Positions 29,466 through 39,833 are shown, counted from the first letter of the stretch. The stretch: 64,000 nucleotides of DNA from Candidatus Krumholzibacteriia bacterium (GCA_046484865.1 JAWOID010000063.1:32001-96000), one strand, 5' to 3'. The notes: generated by a model from the sequence alone, not told the origin. Numbers and translations: made by a program.

Positions 29466-31934
29466 GTGCCGAGCGAATCGATCATCGGAGGCCGGCAAGT
29501 CCGACGAGACGCCTGGGAAAAGGTCTCGGGAGTCTGCGCGTACGTGGACGACGTGCAGGTGGCGGGAGCCTGGTTCGGCGGGACCGTGCGGTCCGCGGTG
29601 CCGCGCGGCCGTTTGCGCCGGGTGGTCCGCGACCCCGCCTTCGACTGGTCGCAGGCGATCTGTCTGACCGCTGCCGATCTTCCCGGTCCCAACACGGTGG
29701 CGATGATCCGCGAGGACCACCCGATCCTGGCGCAGGACGCGGTGAGCTTCGTCGGCGAGGCGGTGGCCCTGGTCGCTGCTCCCACGCGAGAATCGCTCGC
29801 CCGGGCACTGGCCGCGGTGCAGGTGGAGATCGACGAGTTGCCGGCCGTCCTCTCCATCGAGGATGCCCTGGCGCCACGGGCGGTGATCTGGGGCGAGGAC
29901 AACCTGCTCGCCGAGTACACCATCGCCGCGGGGGATCTCGCGCGAGGGTTCGCCGAGGCCGAGGTGATCCTCGAGCAGACCTATCGCACCGGCTACCAGG
30001 AGCATCTCTACCTCGAGCCGAACGGCATGATCGCCTGGCCGCGCGAGGACGGCGGGACGGTGGTACTCGGTTCGCTGCAGTGCCCGTACTACGTGCACGC
30101 GGCACTCTGCCGCGGCCTGGGGCTGGCCGCCGACCAGGTCGTGGTGAAGCAGGCTCCCACCGGCGGCGCCTTCGGCGGCAAGGAGGACTTCCCGTCGGTG
30201 ATCGCGCTGCACGCCGCGATCCTCGCGCGGGCGGCACAGCGGCCGGTACGCCTCGTCTACGAGCGCGGCGAGGACATCCGCGCCACGACCAAGCGCCACC
30301 CGTCGCGGACGGTGATCCGTACGGGCGTCCGGCGTGACGGCACGATCCTGGCCGCGGACGTCGACCTGGTCCTGGACGGCGGCGCCTGCACGACGCTCAG
30401 CCCGGTCGTGCTCTCGCGCGCGGTGCTGCACGCGGGCGGGGCCTACCGCATCCCGCACGTGCGGTTGCACGGGCGCGCGGTGGCGACCAACACCCCGCCC
30501 AACGGCGCTTTCCGCGGTTTCGGAGCGCCGCAGAGCATCTTCGCCATCGAGCGGCAGGTGGATCGCATCGCCCGGGCGCTGGACATGGATCCGCTGGAGG
30601 TCCGCCGGCGCAACCTGCTGCGGGACGGCGATACGCTGCCCTGCGGGCAGCATCTCGAGCAGGACGTCGGAGCGTCGCTGGTGCTCGAGCGCGCGGTCGA
30701 GCTGGCCGGCTACGTTCGACGGCGGCCGCAGATCGCGACGGCGAACCAGGCGGTGCGCGTCGCCCGAGCCGGTGCCGCTGACGCTGCCAGTGCCAGTGCC
30801 GGTGCCAGTGCCAGTGCCAGTGCCGGTGCCAGTGCCAGTGCCGGTGCCGGTGCGACCGGCGGAGTCGCTGCGCCGGACGCCCGGCTGCGCGGCGTCGGAC
30901 TGGCGGTCTGCTTCCACGGCGGCGGCTTCACCGGCGCCGGCGAGGAGCGGATGATGGGACGCGCGCGGGTCTGCTACCTTCCGGACGGGCTGGAGATCCT
31001 CGTCAGCAACGTCGAGATGGGGCAGGGGGCGAGCACCGTGCTGCCCATGATCGCAGCCGAGGCCCTGGGCTTGCCGCTGGAGGAGGTCCGCCACCCGCTG
31101 CCGGACACCTCGCGGGTGCCCGACAGCGGCCCGACCGTGGCCTCGCGCACCACGATGATCGTCGGGCGCATCATCATCGACGCCTGTGGCGACCTGCTCG
31201 TGCGCCTGAGGGAGCGCCTGGCTGCGCGCGAGGGTGTGGAACCCGCGGCGGTCTCGGTGGACGGTGACGGCGTGGCGTGTGCCGGCAGACGGCTGGGCAG
31301 TCTCGCGCAGGTAGCCAGGGACCTGGCGGCCGACGGACCGATCGTGGGCGAGGCGGTCTACGAGCCCATTCCGGGGCTGCGCTGGGACGAGGAGTCCTAC
31401 CGTGGCGACGCCTACAAGTCCTACTCGTGGGGCGCCAGCGTCGTGGAGGTGGCCGTGGATCCGGACACGCTCGAGGTGCAGCCCGTGCGGGCGGTGTCCG
31501 TGGTCGAGATCGGTCGCGCGATCCACCCGGTGCTCGCTGCGGGCCAGGTGGAGGGTGGAACGCTGCAAGCCCTGGCCTGGGCCTATCAGGAAGAGGTGAA
31601 GACCGACGGCGGCCGCTACCTCAACGACCGCATGGCCACCTACATCGTGCCCACGAGCCTCGATGCGCCGGACATCGACGTGGAGATCGCGGCGTTGCCC
31701 TACGAGCGCGGTCCGTTCGGCGCCAAGGGGCTGGGCGAACTGCCCATGGACATCGGCGCGCCGGCGCTCGCCGCCGCGCTCGACCAGGCGCTCGGCTGCT
31801 TCGTCGACGAGATCCCGGCCACGCCGGAGCGGCTGTTCACGCTCGTGCGGCGCTCGACGGCACAGCCGGCCGCCGCAGATGCCGGCTCGCCCGGGCGGCC
31901 GGACGCACGCGGGCCGGGGAAGGGGCCGGCATGA
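29466..31934 (+). CDS. xanthine dehydrogenase family molybdopterin-binding subunit (copy A)
   Basis: QEHLYLEP, GGAFGGKE, AFRGFGAPQ, EMGQG, DSGPTVASR, GQVEGG, AKGLGE; GAGGAGG before the GTG at 29466. Confidence 0.95.
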   Translation: MPSESIIGGRQVRRDAWEKVSGVCAYVDDVQVAGAWFGGTVRSAVPRGRLRRVVRDPAFDWSQAICLTAADLPGPNTVAMIREDHPILAQDAVSFVGEAVALVAAPTRESLARALAAVQVEIDELPAVLSIEDALAPRAVIWGEDNLLAEYTIAAGDLARGFAEAEVILEQTYRTGYQEHLYLEPNGMIAWPREDGGTVVLGSLQCPYYVHAALCRGLGLAADQVVVKQAPTGGAFGGKEDFPSVIALHAAILARAAQRPVRLVYERGEDIRATTKRHPSRTVIRTGVRRDGTILAADVDLVLDGGACTTLSPVVLSRAVLHAGGAYRIPHVRLHGRAVATNTPPNGAFRGFGAPQSIFAIERQVDRIARALDMDPLEVRRRNLLRDGDTLPCGQHLEQDVGASLVLERAVELAGYVRRRPQIATANQAVRVARAGAADAASASAGASASASAGASASAGAGATGGVAAPDARLRGVGLAVCFHGGGFTGAGEERMMGRARVCYLPDGLEILVSNVEMGQGASTVLPMIAAEALGLPLEEVRHPLPDTSRVPDSGPTVASRTTMIVGRIIIDACGDLLVRLRERLAAREGVEPAAVSVDGDGVACAGRRLGSLAQVARDLAADGPIVGEAVYEPIPGLRWDEESYRGDAYKSYSWGASVVEVAVDPDTLEVQPVRAVSVVEIGRAIHPVLAAGQVEGGTLQALAWAYQEEVKTDGGRYLNDRMATYIVPTSLDAPDIDVEIAALPYERGPFGAKGLGELPMDIGAPALAAALDQALGCFVDEIPATPERLFTLVRRSTAQPAAADAGSPGRPDARGPGKGPA
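30786..30851. repeat. in-frame hexamer microsatellite GCC(A/G)GT x11 (Ala-Ser/Ala-Gly)
   Basis: Read directly within the Mo-subunit gene. Confidence 0.95.
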
Positions 31935-33382
31935 GGTTCACGTTCACGGTGAACGGGGTGGCGCGCCCGGTGGAGGCTCCGCCGCTGCGCCGCCTGCTGG
32001 ACATCCTGCGCGAGGACCTGCGGCTGACCGGCAGCAAGGAGGGCTGCGGCGAGGGCGAGTGCGGCGCCTGCGCCGTCCTGCTGGACGGGCGGCTGGTGGA
32101 TGCCTGCCTCGTGCCGGCCCTGCAGCTGCCCGGGCGTCGGGTGCTCACGATCGAGGGGCTCGGCACGGCGGCTGCGCCCGACGCGATGCAGCTGGCGTTC
32201 CTGGTCGAGGGAGCGGTGCAGTGCGGTTTCTGCATCCCGGGGATGGTGATGGCCGGGCACGCCCTGCTCGAGTCGGAGCCGCGGCCCACGCGGCAGCGGG
32301 TGCGCGAGTCGCTCGCCGGGAACATCTGTCGCTGCACGGGCTACGAGCGCATCTTCCGCGCGGTGGAGCTGGCGGCCGACCTGCGGGCGGGAAAAGGCGG
32401 CGAGGCGGCGGCTGGAATCGCAGACGCGGCGAGCCTGGCGGCGGCAGCCCAGGCGAGCGAGGCGCCGGCGGCCCAGGCGAGCGAGGCGCCGGCGCCGGTC
32501 TCGGTCGGAGCTGACCCCGCCGCGGCCTTCGCCCCCGCCAGCCTCGGCGAGGCGCTGCGGCTGCTGGCCGAGCACGGCTCCAGCCTGGTGCCGGTGGCCG
32601 GCGCCACGGACCTGCTCGTCGAGCAGAAGCTCGGCCGCCCGTCGCCGGTGGCCGTTCTCGACCTGACGGGGCTGGCGGAGCTGCGCGAGATCAGCCTCAC
32701 CGGCGACCGGCTGCGGATCGGCGCCGCGGCGACGTTCGCGGATCTGCACGCCGCATCGCTCGTCGTGCGCCACTTCCCCGCCATCGCCGCCATGGCGCGG
32801 CAGGTGGGTTCCGTCGCGATCCAGAACCGCGCCACCCTGGGCGGTAACCTGGTGACGGCCTCGCCCGCGGCCGACTCGCCGCCGGTCCTCATCGCCCTCG
32901 ACGCCGCGGCGCGCCTGAAGAGCAGCGCAGGGGAGCGCACGGTGCCGCTGGCTTCCTTCTTCACCGGGTACCGGCAGACCGCGCGGCGGCCGGACGAGCT
33001 GCTGGTGGCGGTGGAGGTGCCGCTGGCGTCCGAGGGATCGTGGCAGGCCTTCTACAAGGTGGGCACCCGGCGGGCGCAGGCGATCGCGAAGGTCTGCCTG
33101 GGCGCGAGCGCCCGGCGTGATCCAGGCGGCAGGCTGGTCGACGTGCGTCTGGCCGCCGGCAGCGTGGCGCCGGTACCGCTGCCGCTGCGCGCCGTGGAGG
33201 CAGCTCTCGTGGGACGCGAACTGACGGCGGCCACCCTCGAGGCGGTGACCGACGCGGCCGACGCCGCCGCAGCCGGGTCGGTGCGGCCCATCGACGACGT
33301 CCGCTCCACCGCCGCGTATCGCCTGGACGTCCTCGTGCGGCTGGTCGGCCGCTTCCTGAGCGAGGTCGTCCATGCCGGTTGA
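31931..33382 (+). CDS. xanthine dehydrogenase family fused [2Fe-2S] + FAD-binding subunit (Fe-S first)
   Basis: GCGEGECGAC, QCGFCIPG, GNICRCTGY, then AGATDL, IQNRATLGGN, SPAAD, IDDVRS; ATGA coupling. Confidence 0.93.
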   Translation: MRFTFTVNGVARPVEAPPLRRLLDILREDLRLTGSKEGCGEGECGACAVLLDGRLVDACLVPALQLPGRRVLTIEGLGTAAAPDAMQLAFLVEGAVQCGFCIPGMVMAGHALLESEPRPTRQRVRESLAGNICRCTGYERIFRAVELAADLRAGKGGEAAAGIADAASLAAAAQASEAPAAQASEAPAPVSVGADPAAAFAPASLGEALRLLAEHGSSLVPVAGATDLLVEQKLGRPSPVAVLDLTGLAELREISLTGDRLRIGAAATFADLHAASLVVRHFPAIAAMARQVGSVAIQNRATLGGNLVTASPAADSPPVLIALDAAARLKSSAGERTVPLASFFTGYRQTARRPDELLVAVEVPLASEGSWQAFYKVGTRRAQAIAKVCLGASARRDPGGRLVDVRLAAGSVAPVPLPLRAVEAALVGRELTAATLEAVTDAADAAAAGSVRPIDDVRSTAAYRLDVLVRLVGRFLSEVVHAG

Positions 33383-34052
33383 GGTGGCGACGCTCGTACT
33401 CGCGGCGGGTGCGGGCCGCCGCTGGGGCGGCCCCAAGGCGCTGGCTCGTCTGGGAGAGCGCACGTGGCTCGAACTGGCCGTCGAGCGCAGCCGCGGCGCC
33501 GGCTGCGCCCCGGTGGTCGTGGTCGTGGGCTGTCGTGCGGACGAGGTGAGGAGATCGCTTGCCGGCCGAGCGGCGGCCGCCGACCCCGGCACAAACCATC
33601 CGCCGCCGACGGGGCCGGTCGCCGACGACATCGTGTGGATCGAGAACCCGCGCTGGGAACAGGGCCGCACCGGGAGTATCATCGTCGGGCTACGGGCGCT
33701 GCCCGCGACGGCAGCGGGGGCCCTGCTCATGCCGGTGGACTTTCCGCTCGTCCGCACGGCCACGCTGCGCGCGCTGTGCGCGGGTTTCGCGGCTGCCGCC
33801 GATCCGGCCGCCCGGATCACGGTGCCGGTCCACGCCGGCCACCGCGGCCATCCCATCGTGCTCGGCCGCGCGGTCTGGGCGGAGGTCATGGCGCTCGGTC
33901 GCGACGCCCCCTTGCGCGCCGTGGTGCGGCAGGATCCCGCCCGGATCGTCACGGTGACCGTGGACGACCCCGGTATCCTGCGCAACGTGAACACGCCGGA
34001 AGATCTGGAGGCTCCGTCCGACCGGCCGCCACGGAACAGCCGTCGCCGGTAG
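33372..34052 (+). CDS. mocA: molybdenum cofactor cytidylyltransferase (MocA-like)
   Basis: LAAGAGRRWGGPKAL, NPRWEQG, PVDFP, GHP, NVNTPED; adjacent to XDH genes. Confidence 0.8.
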   Translation: MPVEVATLVLAAGAGRRWGGPKALARLGERTWLELAVERSRGAGCAPVVVVVGCRADEVRRSLAGRAAAADPGTNHPPPTGPVADDIVWIENPRWEQGRTGSIIVGLRALPATAAGALLMPVDFPLVRTATLRALCAGFAAAADPAARITVPVHAGHRGHPIVLGRAVWAEVMALGRDAPLRAVVRQDPARIVTVTVDDPGILRNVNTPEDLEAPSDRPPRNSRRR

Positions 34053-34087
34053 GATGCGAGCGGAGCAGGATCGCGCCGCGCGTGGCG

Positions 34088-34143
34088 GGATCGAGCGACG
34101 AGGATCGAGCGACAAGGACCGAGCGACGAGGACCGAGCGACGG
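34088..34143. repeat. intergenic 14-bp tandem repeat GGA(T/C)CGAGCGAC(G/A)(A/G) x4
   Basis: Units start at 34088, 34102, 34116 and 34130. Confidence 0.9.
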
Positions 34144-34199
34144 GCATCGACCCCGGCCGTTCCACCATCGGGTTCGAGCAACGGGAGGGCGACGGCGAG

Positions 34200-35672
34200 A
34201 TGGGTCCCAAGATCATCCAGGAGATTCACGAGGACGTCCTCGCCCGGACCGTGGAGCGTTGCCGCGAGCGCGGGATCCTCATTCCGACCTTCGCCGAGCA
34301 GCGTGATCCGCGGCTGGTGCCCGAGGCCGTGCGCGCGCGGCTGCGCGAGGTGGGCCTGTGGGACGTGGACCCGGTCAATCTCTTTCGCATCACCTGGAAG
34401 AACGAGCCCCGGGAACACGGAGGGCTGTACCACGACGGCAACTGGATCGAGTTCCCGGCCGCGCTGACCGGCGTGGCGGCGCGGGTCGTGGGACTCGTGG
34501 GGCACTGGTTCCCCACCGGCGCTCACAAGGTGGGGGCCGGCTTCGGCTGCCTGGTGCCGCGGCTGGTCTCGGGGAACTTCGACCCGACGACGCAGAAGGC
34601 GGTCTGGCCGTCGACGGGCAACTACTGCCGCGGCGGCGCCTTCGACTGCGCGCTGCTGGCCTGCCCCGCCGTGGCCATCCTGCCCGAGGAGATGAGCCGC
34701 GAACGATTCGAGTGGCTGCGCGAGGTCGGCACCGACGAGATCTTCGCCACGCCGGGCTGCGAGTCGAACGTCAAGGAGATCTACGACAAGTGTTGGGAAC
34801 TGCGCCGCGAACGCGGGCGCGACATCGTGATCTTCAACCAGTTCGAGGAGTTCGGCAACGCCATCTGGCACTACCACGTCACCGGTGGCGTGGTGGACGA
34901 GATCTTCCGGCGCCTGGCTGCGCCCGGCGACCGCCTGGCGGCCTGGGTGAGCGCCACCGGATCGGCCGGGACGATCGCCGCGGGCGACTTCCTCAAGGAG
35001 CACCACCGCGGTGCGCGGGTCGTCGCGCTCGAGGCGCTGCAGTGCCCCACGCTGCTGCGCTGCGGCTTCGGCGGGCACCGCATCGAGGGGATCGGCGACA
35101 AGCACGTGCCGTGGATCCACAACGTCCGCAACACCGACCTCGTGGCGGCCGTCGACGACGAGCAGGTGGTGCACCTCATGCGGCTCTTCAACGAACCGGA
35201 GGGCCAGGCGTACCTGCGCGGAGCCGGCGTGCCGGACGAGACCGTGGCGGCACTGCCGTTGCTCGGTCTCAGCTCCATCTGCAACCTGGTGGGGGCGATC
35301 AAGGCGGCGCGATACTGGGGGCTAACCGCGCATGACGTGATCTTCCTGCCGCTGACCGACGCCATGCAGCTCTACGCCTCGCGCCTGGAGGAGCAGCGAC
35401 AGGAGCAGGGATCCTACAGCGAGTTGCAGGCCGCCCGTCATTTCGGACGCCACCTGGAGGCCGTCACCACCGACCATCTGCGCGAGCTGACCCACGAGGA
35501 CCAGCTGGCGCTCCACAACTTGAAGTACTTCACCTGGGTGGAACAGCAGGGCCGCACCGTGGAGGAACTGCGCGAGCTGTGGGAGCCCGAGTTCTGGCAC
35601 GAGACCTTCGCTCAGGTGGAGGACTGGGACGACCTGATCCGCGCGTTCAATCGCCGGACGGGCCTCGGCTGA
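34200..35672 (+). CDS. PLP-dependent enzyme, fold type II (cysteine-synthase-beta-like, uncharacterised subfamily)
   Basis: FPTGAHKVG (PLP Lys), STGNY, NQF, ATGSAGT, HRIEGIG, GLSS. Confidence 0.88.
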   Translation: MGPKIIQEIHEDVLARTVERCRERGILIPTFAEQRDPRLVPEAVRARLREVGLWDVDPVNLFRITWKNEPREHGGLYHDGNWIEFPAALTGVAARVVGLVGHWFPTGAHKVGAGFGCLVPRLVSGNFDPTTQKAVWPSTGNYCRGGAFDCALLACPAVAILPEEMSRERFEWLREVGTDEIFATPGCESNVKEIYDKCWELRRERGRDIVIFNQFEEFGNAIWHYHVTGGVVDEIFRRLAAPGDRLAAWVSATGSAGTIAAGDFLKEHHRGARVVALEALQCPTLLRCGFGGHRIEGIGDKHVPWIHNVRNTDLVAAVDDEQVVHLMRLFNEPEGQAYLRGAGVPDETVAALPLLGLSSICNLVGAIKAARYWGLTAHDVIFLPLTDAMQLYASRLEEQRQEQGSYSELQAARHFGRHLEAVTTDHLRELTHEDQLALHNLKYFTWVEQQGRTVEELRELWEPEFWHETFAQVEDWDDLIRAFNRRTGLG

Positions 35673-35765
35673 TCATCGCACGCTCGAGCCGGACGCCGGT
35701 CACGGTCCAGGGTGTCAGGTCCCCGGCTCGTTCTTGATCCTTCCTCGTGGTCAGGAGACTTCGCC

Positions 35766-38700
35766 ATGCCGCATCCTCGCCAGCAATCGTCCAGCTTCGT
35801 CGTGCTCCTTCTGGTGGTCGCCACCGTCGCCGCCGGTCTCTGCACCGCCGCTGCCGCACCGGTCGCGCAGGCGCCGGCGACCGGCCTCCGCCAGCCGCCG
35901 CCGCCCACGGAGCTGCCCGGTCTCGCGTACGAGGCGCCGTTCTTCCCGGCGGCGCGGCACGAGCTGCCGGTGCCCTCCCCCGAGACGCTGCTGGGGCATC
36001 CGATCGGTGCCCGCTTCGCCTCGGCCGCACAGATCACCGACTGCCTGCGGGCGTGGGCGGAGGCGAGCCCGCGGGTGGCGGTGGTGGAGTATGCACGCAG
36101 CCACGAGGGGCGGCCGCTGCACTACGCCTTGATCACCGCGCCCGAGAATCACGCCCGGCTGCACGAGATCAGGGCCGGTATCGCCCGCCTGGCCGACCCG
36201 CGTGGTCTCGACCAGGACGAGGCCGATCGTCTGCTGGCGGATCTGCCGGCGGTGGGCTGGTTCGCGTATTCCATCCACGGCAACGAGACCAGCGGCGCCG
36301 ACGCCGCGCTGGCCGTGATCCACCACCTCGCGGCCGACGCCGCCGAGGAGACGGAGCAATTGCTGCGCGACCTGATCGTCATCGTCGATCCGCTGATGAA
36401 CCCGGACGGGCGCACCCGCTTCGCCCAGCAGGTGGTGGAGCACCGCGGTCGAGCCCCGAACGTGGACGATCAGTCGCTGCTGCGGCGGGGCGACTGGCCG
36501 AGCGGCCGCACCAATCATTACTTCTTCGACCTGAATCGCGACTTCCTGGTGGCCGTCCACCCCGAGACCCGCGGCCGGATGCGGGAGATCGGCGCGTGGT
36601 ATCCGTTGCTGCTGGTCGACGGCCACGAGATGGGTTCGCAGGACACCTACCTCTTCTCGCCGCCCCGCGATCCGATCAACCCGCACCTGCCGCCGAGCCG
36701 CCTGCAGTGGGGCGAGGTGTTCGCGGCCGACCAGGCCCGCGCCTTCGACCGATACGGCTGGCCGTACTACACCGGCGAGTGGAACGACGAGTGGTATCTG
36801 GGCTACAGCTCCTGGGCGTCTTACCGCGCGGGACTCTTCGTCCTCTACGAGCAGGCGCGGGTGGCCGAGGATGCCGTCCGCCAGGGCGGCGACAAGCTGC
36901 TGAGCTACCGGGAGGCGGTGCACCACCAGGTGGTCAGCACGATGGCCAACCTGCGGACGCTGCATGATCACCGCCAGGAACTGAAGCGCGACTTCCTGCG
37001 GCAGCGCCGGCTGGCGGCCGGGCCCGAATCGCCTTACGCCGGCCGCAGCTGGGCCGTGGTGCCGGGCCGGAGCCCGGAGCGGGAGCAGCGCTTCCGCGAG
37101 TTGATGGACCTGCACGGTGTCGAGCTGCGCTTCCTGCCGGCGGCGGCGACGGTCCGCGCTGCGCGCGATCCGCTCGGCCGCCGTCACGACCGGTTGACGC
37201 TGCCCGCCGGTACGCTGATCGTCGCCGGCCGTCAGCCCGAGGGCTACCTGGCCGCGGCCCTGCTCGACCTCGACCCGCGCGTTCCCGACGAGACCCTCCG
37301 CAAGGAACGGCAGGAATTGCTGCGGAAGGGCCGTTCGCGCATGTACGACGTGACCGCCTGGAGCCTGCCGCTGATGCTCGATCTGGAGGTCTACGAGATC
37401 CCGTCGGCGCCGCCGGGCGAGGCGCGGCTCCTGGAGGCGGGGCGGATGCCCCCAGGCGTGGGGCGGTCGGGCGAGGCCCCGGCGGACGGAGCGGCCGGCG
37501 CGTCCGACGCGGCCCGCGTCGAGCCGGTGGGCTGGGCCGTGGACGGACGTGACGACGGTTCGCTGGGGTTCGCCACCCGGCTGCTCGAGCAGGGGGTGCA
37601 GGTGCGGCTGGCGGAACGGGCGTTCCGGGGCGCAGACCACCCGTTCGTGCGCGGCAGCCTCGTGGTGACGCTGGACGACAATCGTGCGCGCCGGGACGAG
37701 CTCGACCGTCTGGTGTCCGCCGCGGCCGAGGCCTGGGGGCAGACAGCCGTGCCGCTGGGCGGCGGCCTCGGCGCCGGCGATCTGCCCGACCTGGGCGGGC
37801 GCCATTTCCGTCGCCTCGAGGCGCCGAGCATCGGTCTGGTCGGCCGTGGCGGCACGAGCACCGCCGATTTCGGCGAGATCTGGTTCGCGCTGGACCACCA
37901 GCTCGGCATCCGGCACTCGCATCTGGACGAGGACCGGCTCACCCGCGACGATCTGCGTCGCTACAACCTCCTGATCCTGCCGCACCGCTGGGGGGCCGGT
38001 CTGCCGGAGGGTCTGCCGGCCGCCCTGTCGGCCTGGGTCGAGGCGGGCGGGACATTGATCGCGATCGGCGGCGCGGCGGCAGCCCTGGTGGGCTCCGAGG
38101 AGTTCCCGAGCCAGGCGCAGGATCTGGCCGCGACGCTCGACGACCCCGCGCCCTACGAGCTGGCGATCTGGCGCGAGTGGCTGGCGCAGACCGGCACGTG
38201 GGCCGAGGACCTGGATGTCTGGTCGCACACCGTGCCGTCCGACGTCCCGGCGCCGCCCATCACCGGCGCCGCGCCGGATTCACGAAACCGCCGCGGCCGT
38301 GGCGAGAGGCTTGCGGAGGGGTCGGACCAGGAGCGAGCGACGAAAGAGGCTTCTGCAGCCTCCGGGCCCACCGGTGCCGAGGCGCGCCGGCGCCTGGACA
38401 CCTGGCAGCGTCTGTTCATGCCGCAGGGCGCCTTCCTGTCCGCCCGCGTCGACACCCTGCACTGGCTGACCGCCGGCTGCGGGCAGGTGCTTCCGGTGCT
38501 GACCGGCTCGGCCGTGGGCCGCGGACCGGTGCTGGTCACGAAGGGGACCGCCGAGGCGCCGGTGCGTTTCGGCGTGTTCCAGCCCGCGGTGGATGCCGGC
38601 GGCGACAGCGGTACCGATGCCGGCGCCGGGCGGATCGGCTGGAGCCCGGTGCCCCCCGGACACGAGGTGCGCCTGCGCATGAGCGGTCTGCTCTGGCCCG

Positions 38701-38882
38701 AGGCGGCTCACCGCCTGACCAGTTCGGCCTACGTGACGCGCGAACGTCGCGGGCGTGGTCAGGTGATCCTCTTCGCCGGGCCCGCAGCGTTCCGCGGCGC
38801 GACGATCGGGACTCAGCGGCTCCTGCTCAACGCGATCGTCTACGGCCCGGGAGCGGGGGCGGATCAGCCGATCCGGCCCTGA
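35766..38882 (+). CDS. secreted M14 family zinc carboxypeptidase
   Basis: Signal peptide; IHGNE, NPDG, DLNRD, DGHEM; glutamine-amidotransferase-like C-terminal part. Confidence 0.9.
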   Translation: MPHPRQQSSSFVVLLLVVATVAAGLCTAAAAPVAQAPATGLRQPPPPTELPGLAYEAPFFPAARHELPVPSPETLLGHPIGARFASAAQITDCLRAWAEASPRVAVVEYARSHEGRPLHYALITAPENHARLHEIRAGIARLADPRGLDQDEADRLLADLPAVGWFAYSIHGNETSGADAALAVIHHLAADAAEETEQLLRDLIVIVDPLMNPDGRTRFAQQVVEHRGRAPNVDDQSLLRRGDWPSGRTNHYFFDLNRDFLVAVHPETRGRMREIGAWYPLLLVDGHEMGSQDTYLFSPPRDPINPHLPPSRLQWGEVFAADQARAFDRYGWPYYTGEWNDEWYLGYSSWASYRAGLFVLYEQARVAEDAVRQGGDKLLSYREAVHHQVVSTMANLRTLHDHRQELKRDFLRQRRLAAGPESPYAGRSWAVVPGRSPEREQRFRELMDLHGVELRFLPAAATVRAARDPLGRRHDRLTLPAGTLIVAGRQPEGYLAAALLDLDPRVPDETLRKERQELLRKGRSRMYDVTAWSLPLMLDLEVYEIPSAPPGEARLLEAGRMPPGVGRSGEAPADGAAGASDAARVEPVGWAVDGRDDGSLGFATRLLEQGVQVRLAERAFRGADHPFVRGSLVVTLDDNRARRDELDRLVSAAAEAWGQTAVPLGGGLGAGDLPDLGGRHFRRLEAPSIGLVGRGGTSTADFGEIWFALDHQLGIRHSHLDEDRLTRDDLRRYNLLILPHRWGAGLPEGLPAALSAWVEAGGTLIAIGGAAAALVGSEEFPSQAQDLAATLDDPAPYELAIWREWLAQTGTWAEDLDVWSHTVPSDVPAPPITGAAPDSRNRRGRGERLAEGSDQERATKEASAASGPTGAEARRRLDTWQRLFMPQGAFLSARVDTLHWLTAGCGQVLPVLTGSAVGRGPVLVTKGTAEAPVRFGVFQPAVDAGGDSGTDAGAGRIGWSPVPPGHEVRLRMSGLLWPEAAHRLTSSAYVTRERRGRGQVILFAGPAAFRGATIGTQRLLLNAIVYGPGAGADQPIRP

Positions 38883-39008
38883 GGCCGCGGGTTGCGCACG
38901 GGAGATGAATGATCGGGTCGGGCTCTGGCAATTCCGTGCCGAGAGTATGGTAGGATCGGGCATTCTTATTTTGTATCCAGCACTGATGAGAGCCCGATCG
39001 GAGACGAC

Positions 39009-39833
39009 ATGCCAGAGGCCCTCGCAGAGCAACGCTACTGGGATAGTGTCTACGCCACCCTGGACGACTACCTCGACCGACCGCGGACCGATCCGGTCTG
39101 GCGCAGCTACGGCCGTCTCTTCGACACCATGTTCCGGCCCGACCCGGACCTGCGGCTGGTCGAGATCGGCGGTGCACGATCACAGCATGTCGTCCACCTG
39201 CACCGCCGCTTCGGCTTCCGGACATCGATCATCGACTACTCGGAGGTCGGCTGTGCGGGAACCGCTCACTCGCTCGCTCGTCACGGCGTGGACCTCGGTG
39301 GCGAGATCATCTGCAGAGACGTGTTCGACTGCGCGGACCTCGCCGGGTCGTTCGACGTGGTCACGTCGTTCGGCGTCCTCGAACATTTCTCCGATCCGGC
39401 GGCGGCGCTGCGCAACATATGCCGACTGCTGCGACCAGGCGGCTGGATATTCACGGCAATCCCCAACACCGCCGGTCTGATGTTCGGCATGTACAAGCAT
39501 CTTGCTCCTGAAATCTACCGCATGCACCAGGTGATCGATCGGTCCCGCCTCCTGGACATCCACCGGCAGGCCGGACTCTCAGTCCGGTTCGTGCGGTACT
39601 TCGGCATGTTCAATCCCGGCCTGCTCGGCGCCGTTCCCGGAACGCTCGGAAAGACGGTCGCCGGCCTGCTGCGGGTTCCGAACCGAGGGTTGTGGTTCGT
39701 CGCCGACAGGCTGCACCGATATCCCGAGACCGGATGGTTCTCGCCGTACATCGTGGCCTTTGCGCAGCCGCTGGACAGCGATCCCCACGACTCGCGCCCG
39801 GGCATCGCGCCCTGGCCCGCGCCTCAGCTCTGA
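39009..39833 (+). CDS. class I SAM-dependent methyltransferase
   Basis: LVEIGG, IDYS, FDVVTSFGVLEHF, LRPGG...IPN. Confidence 0.88.
   Translation: MPEALAEQRYWDSVYATLDDYLDRPRTDPVWRSYGRLFDTMFRPDPDLRLVEIGGARSQHVVHLHRRFGFRTSIIDYSEVGCAGTAHSLARHGVDLGGEIICRDVFDCADLAGSFDVVTSFGVLEHFSDPAAALRNICRLLRPGGWIFTAIPNTAGLMFGMYKHLAPEIYRMHQVIDRSRLLDIHRQAGLSVRFVRYFGMFNPGLLGAVPGTLGKTVAGLLRVPNRGLWFVADRLHRYPETGWFSPYIVAFAQPLDSDPHDSRPGIAPWPAPQL

Noticed and set aside
38950..39008. TATCCAG and CTGATGA motifs suggesting a SAM-I riboswitch or hammerhead ribozyme
   Set aside because: The other conserved elements (SAM-I P2/P3 motifs; hammerhead GAAA and stems) are missing.
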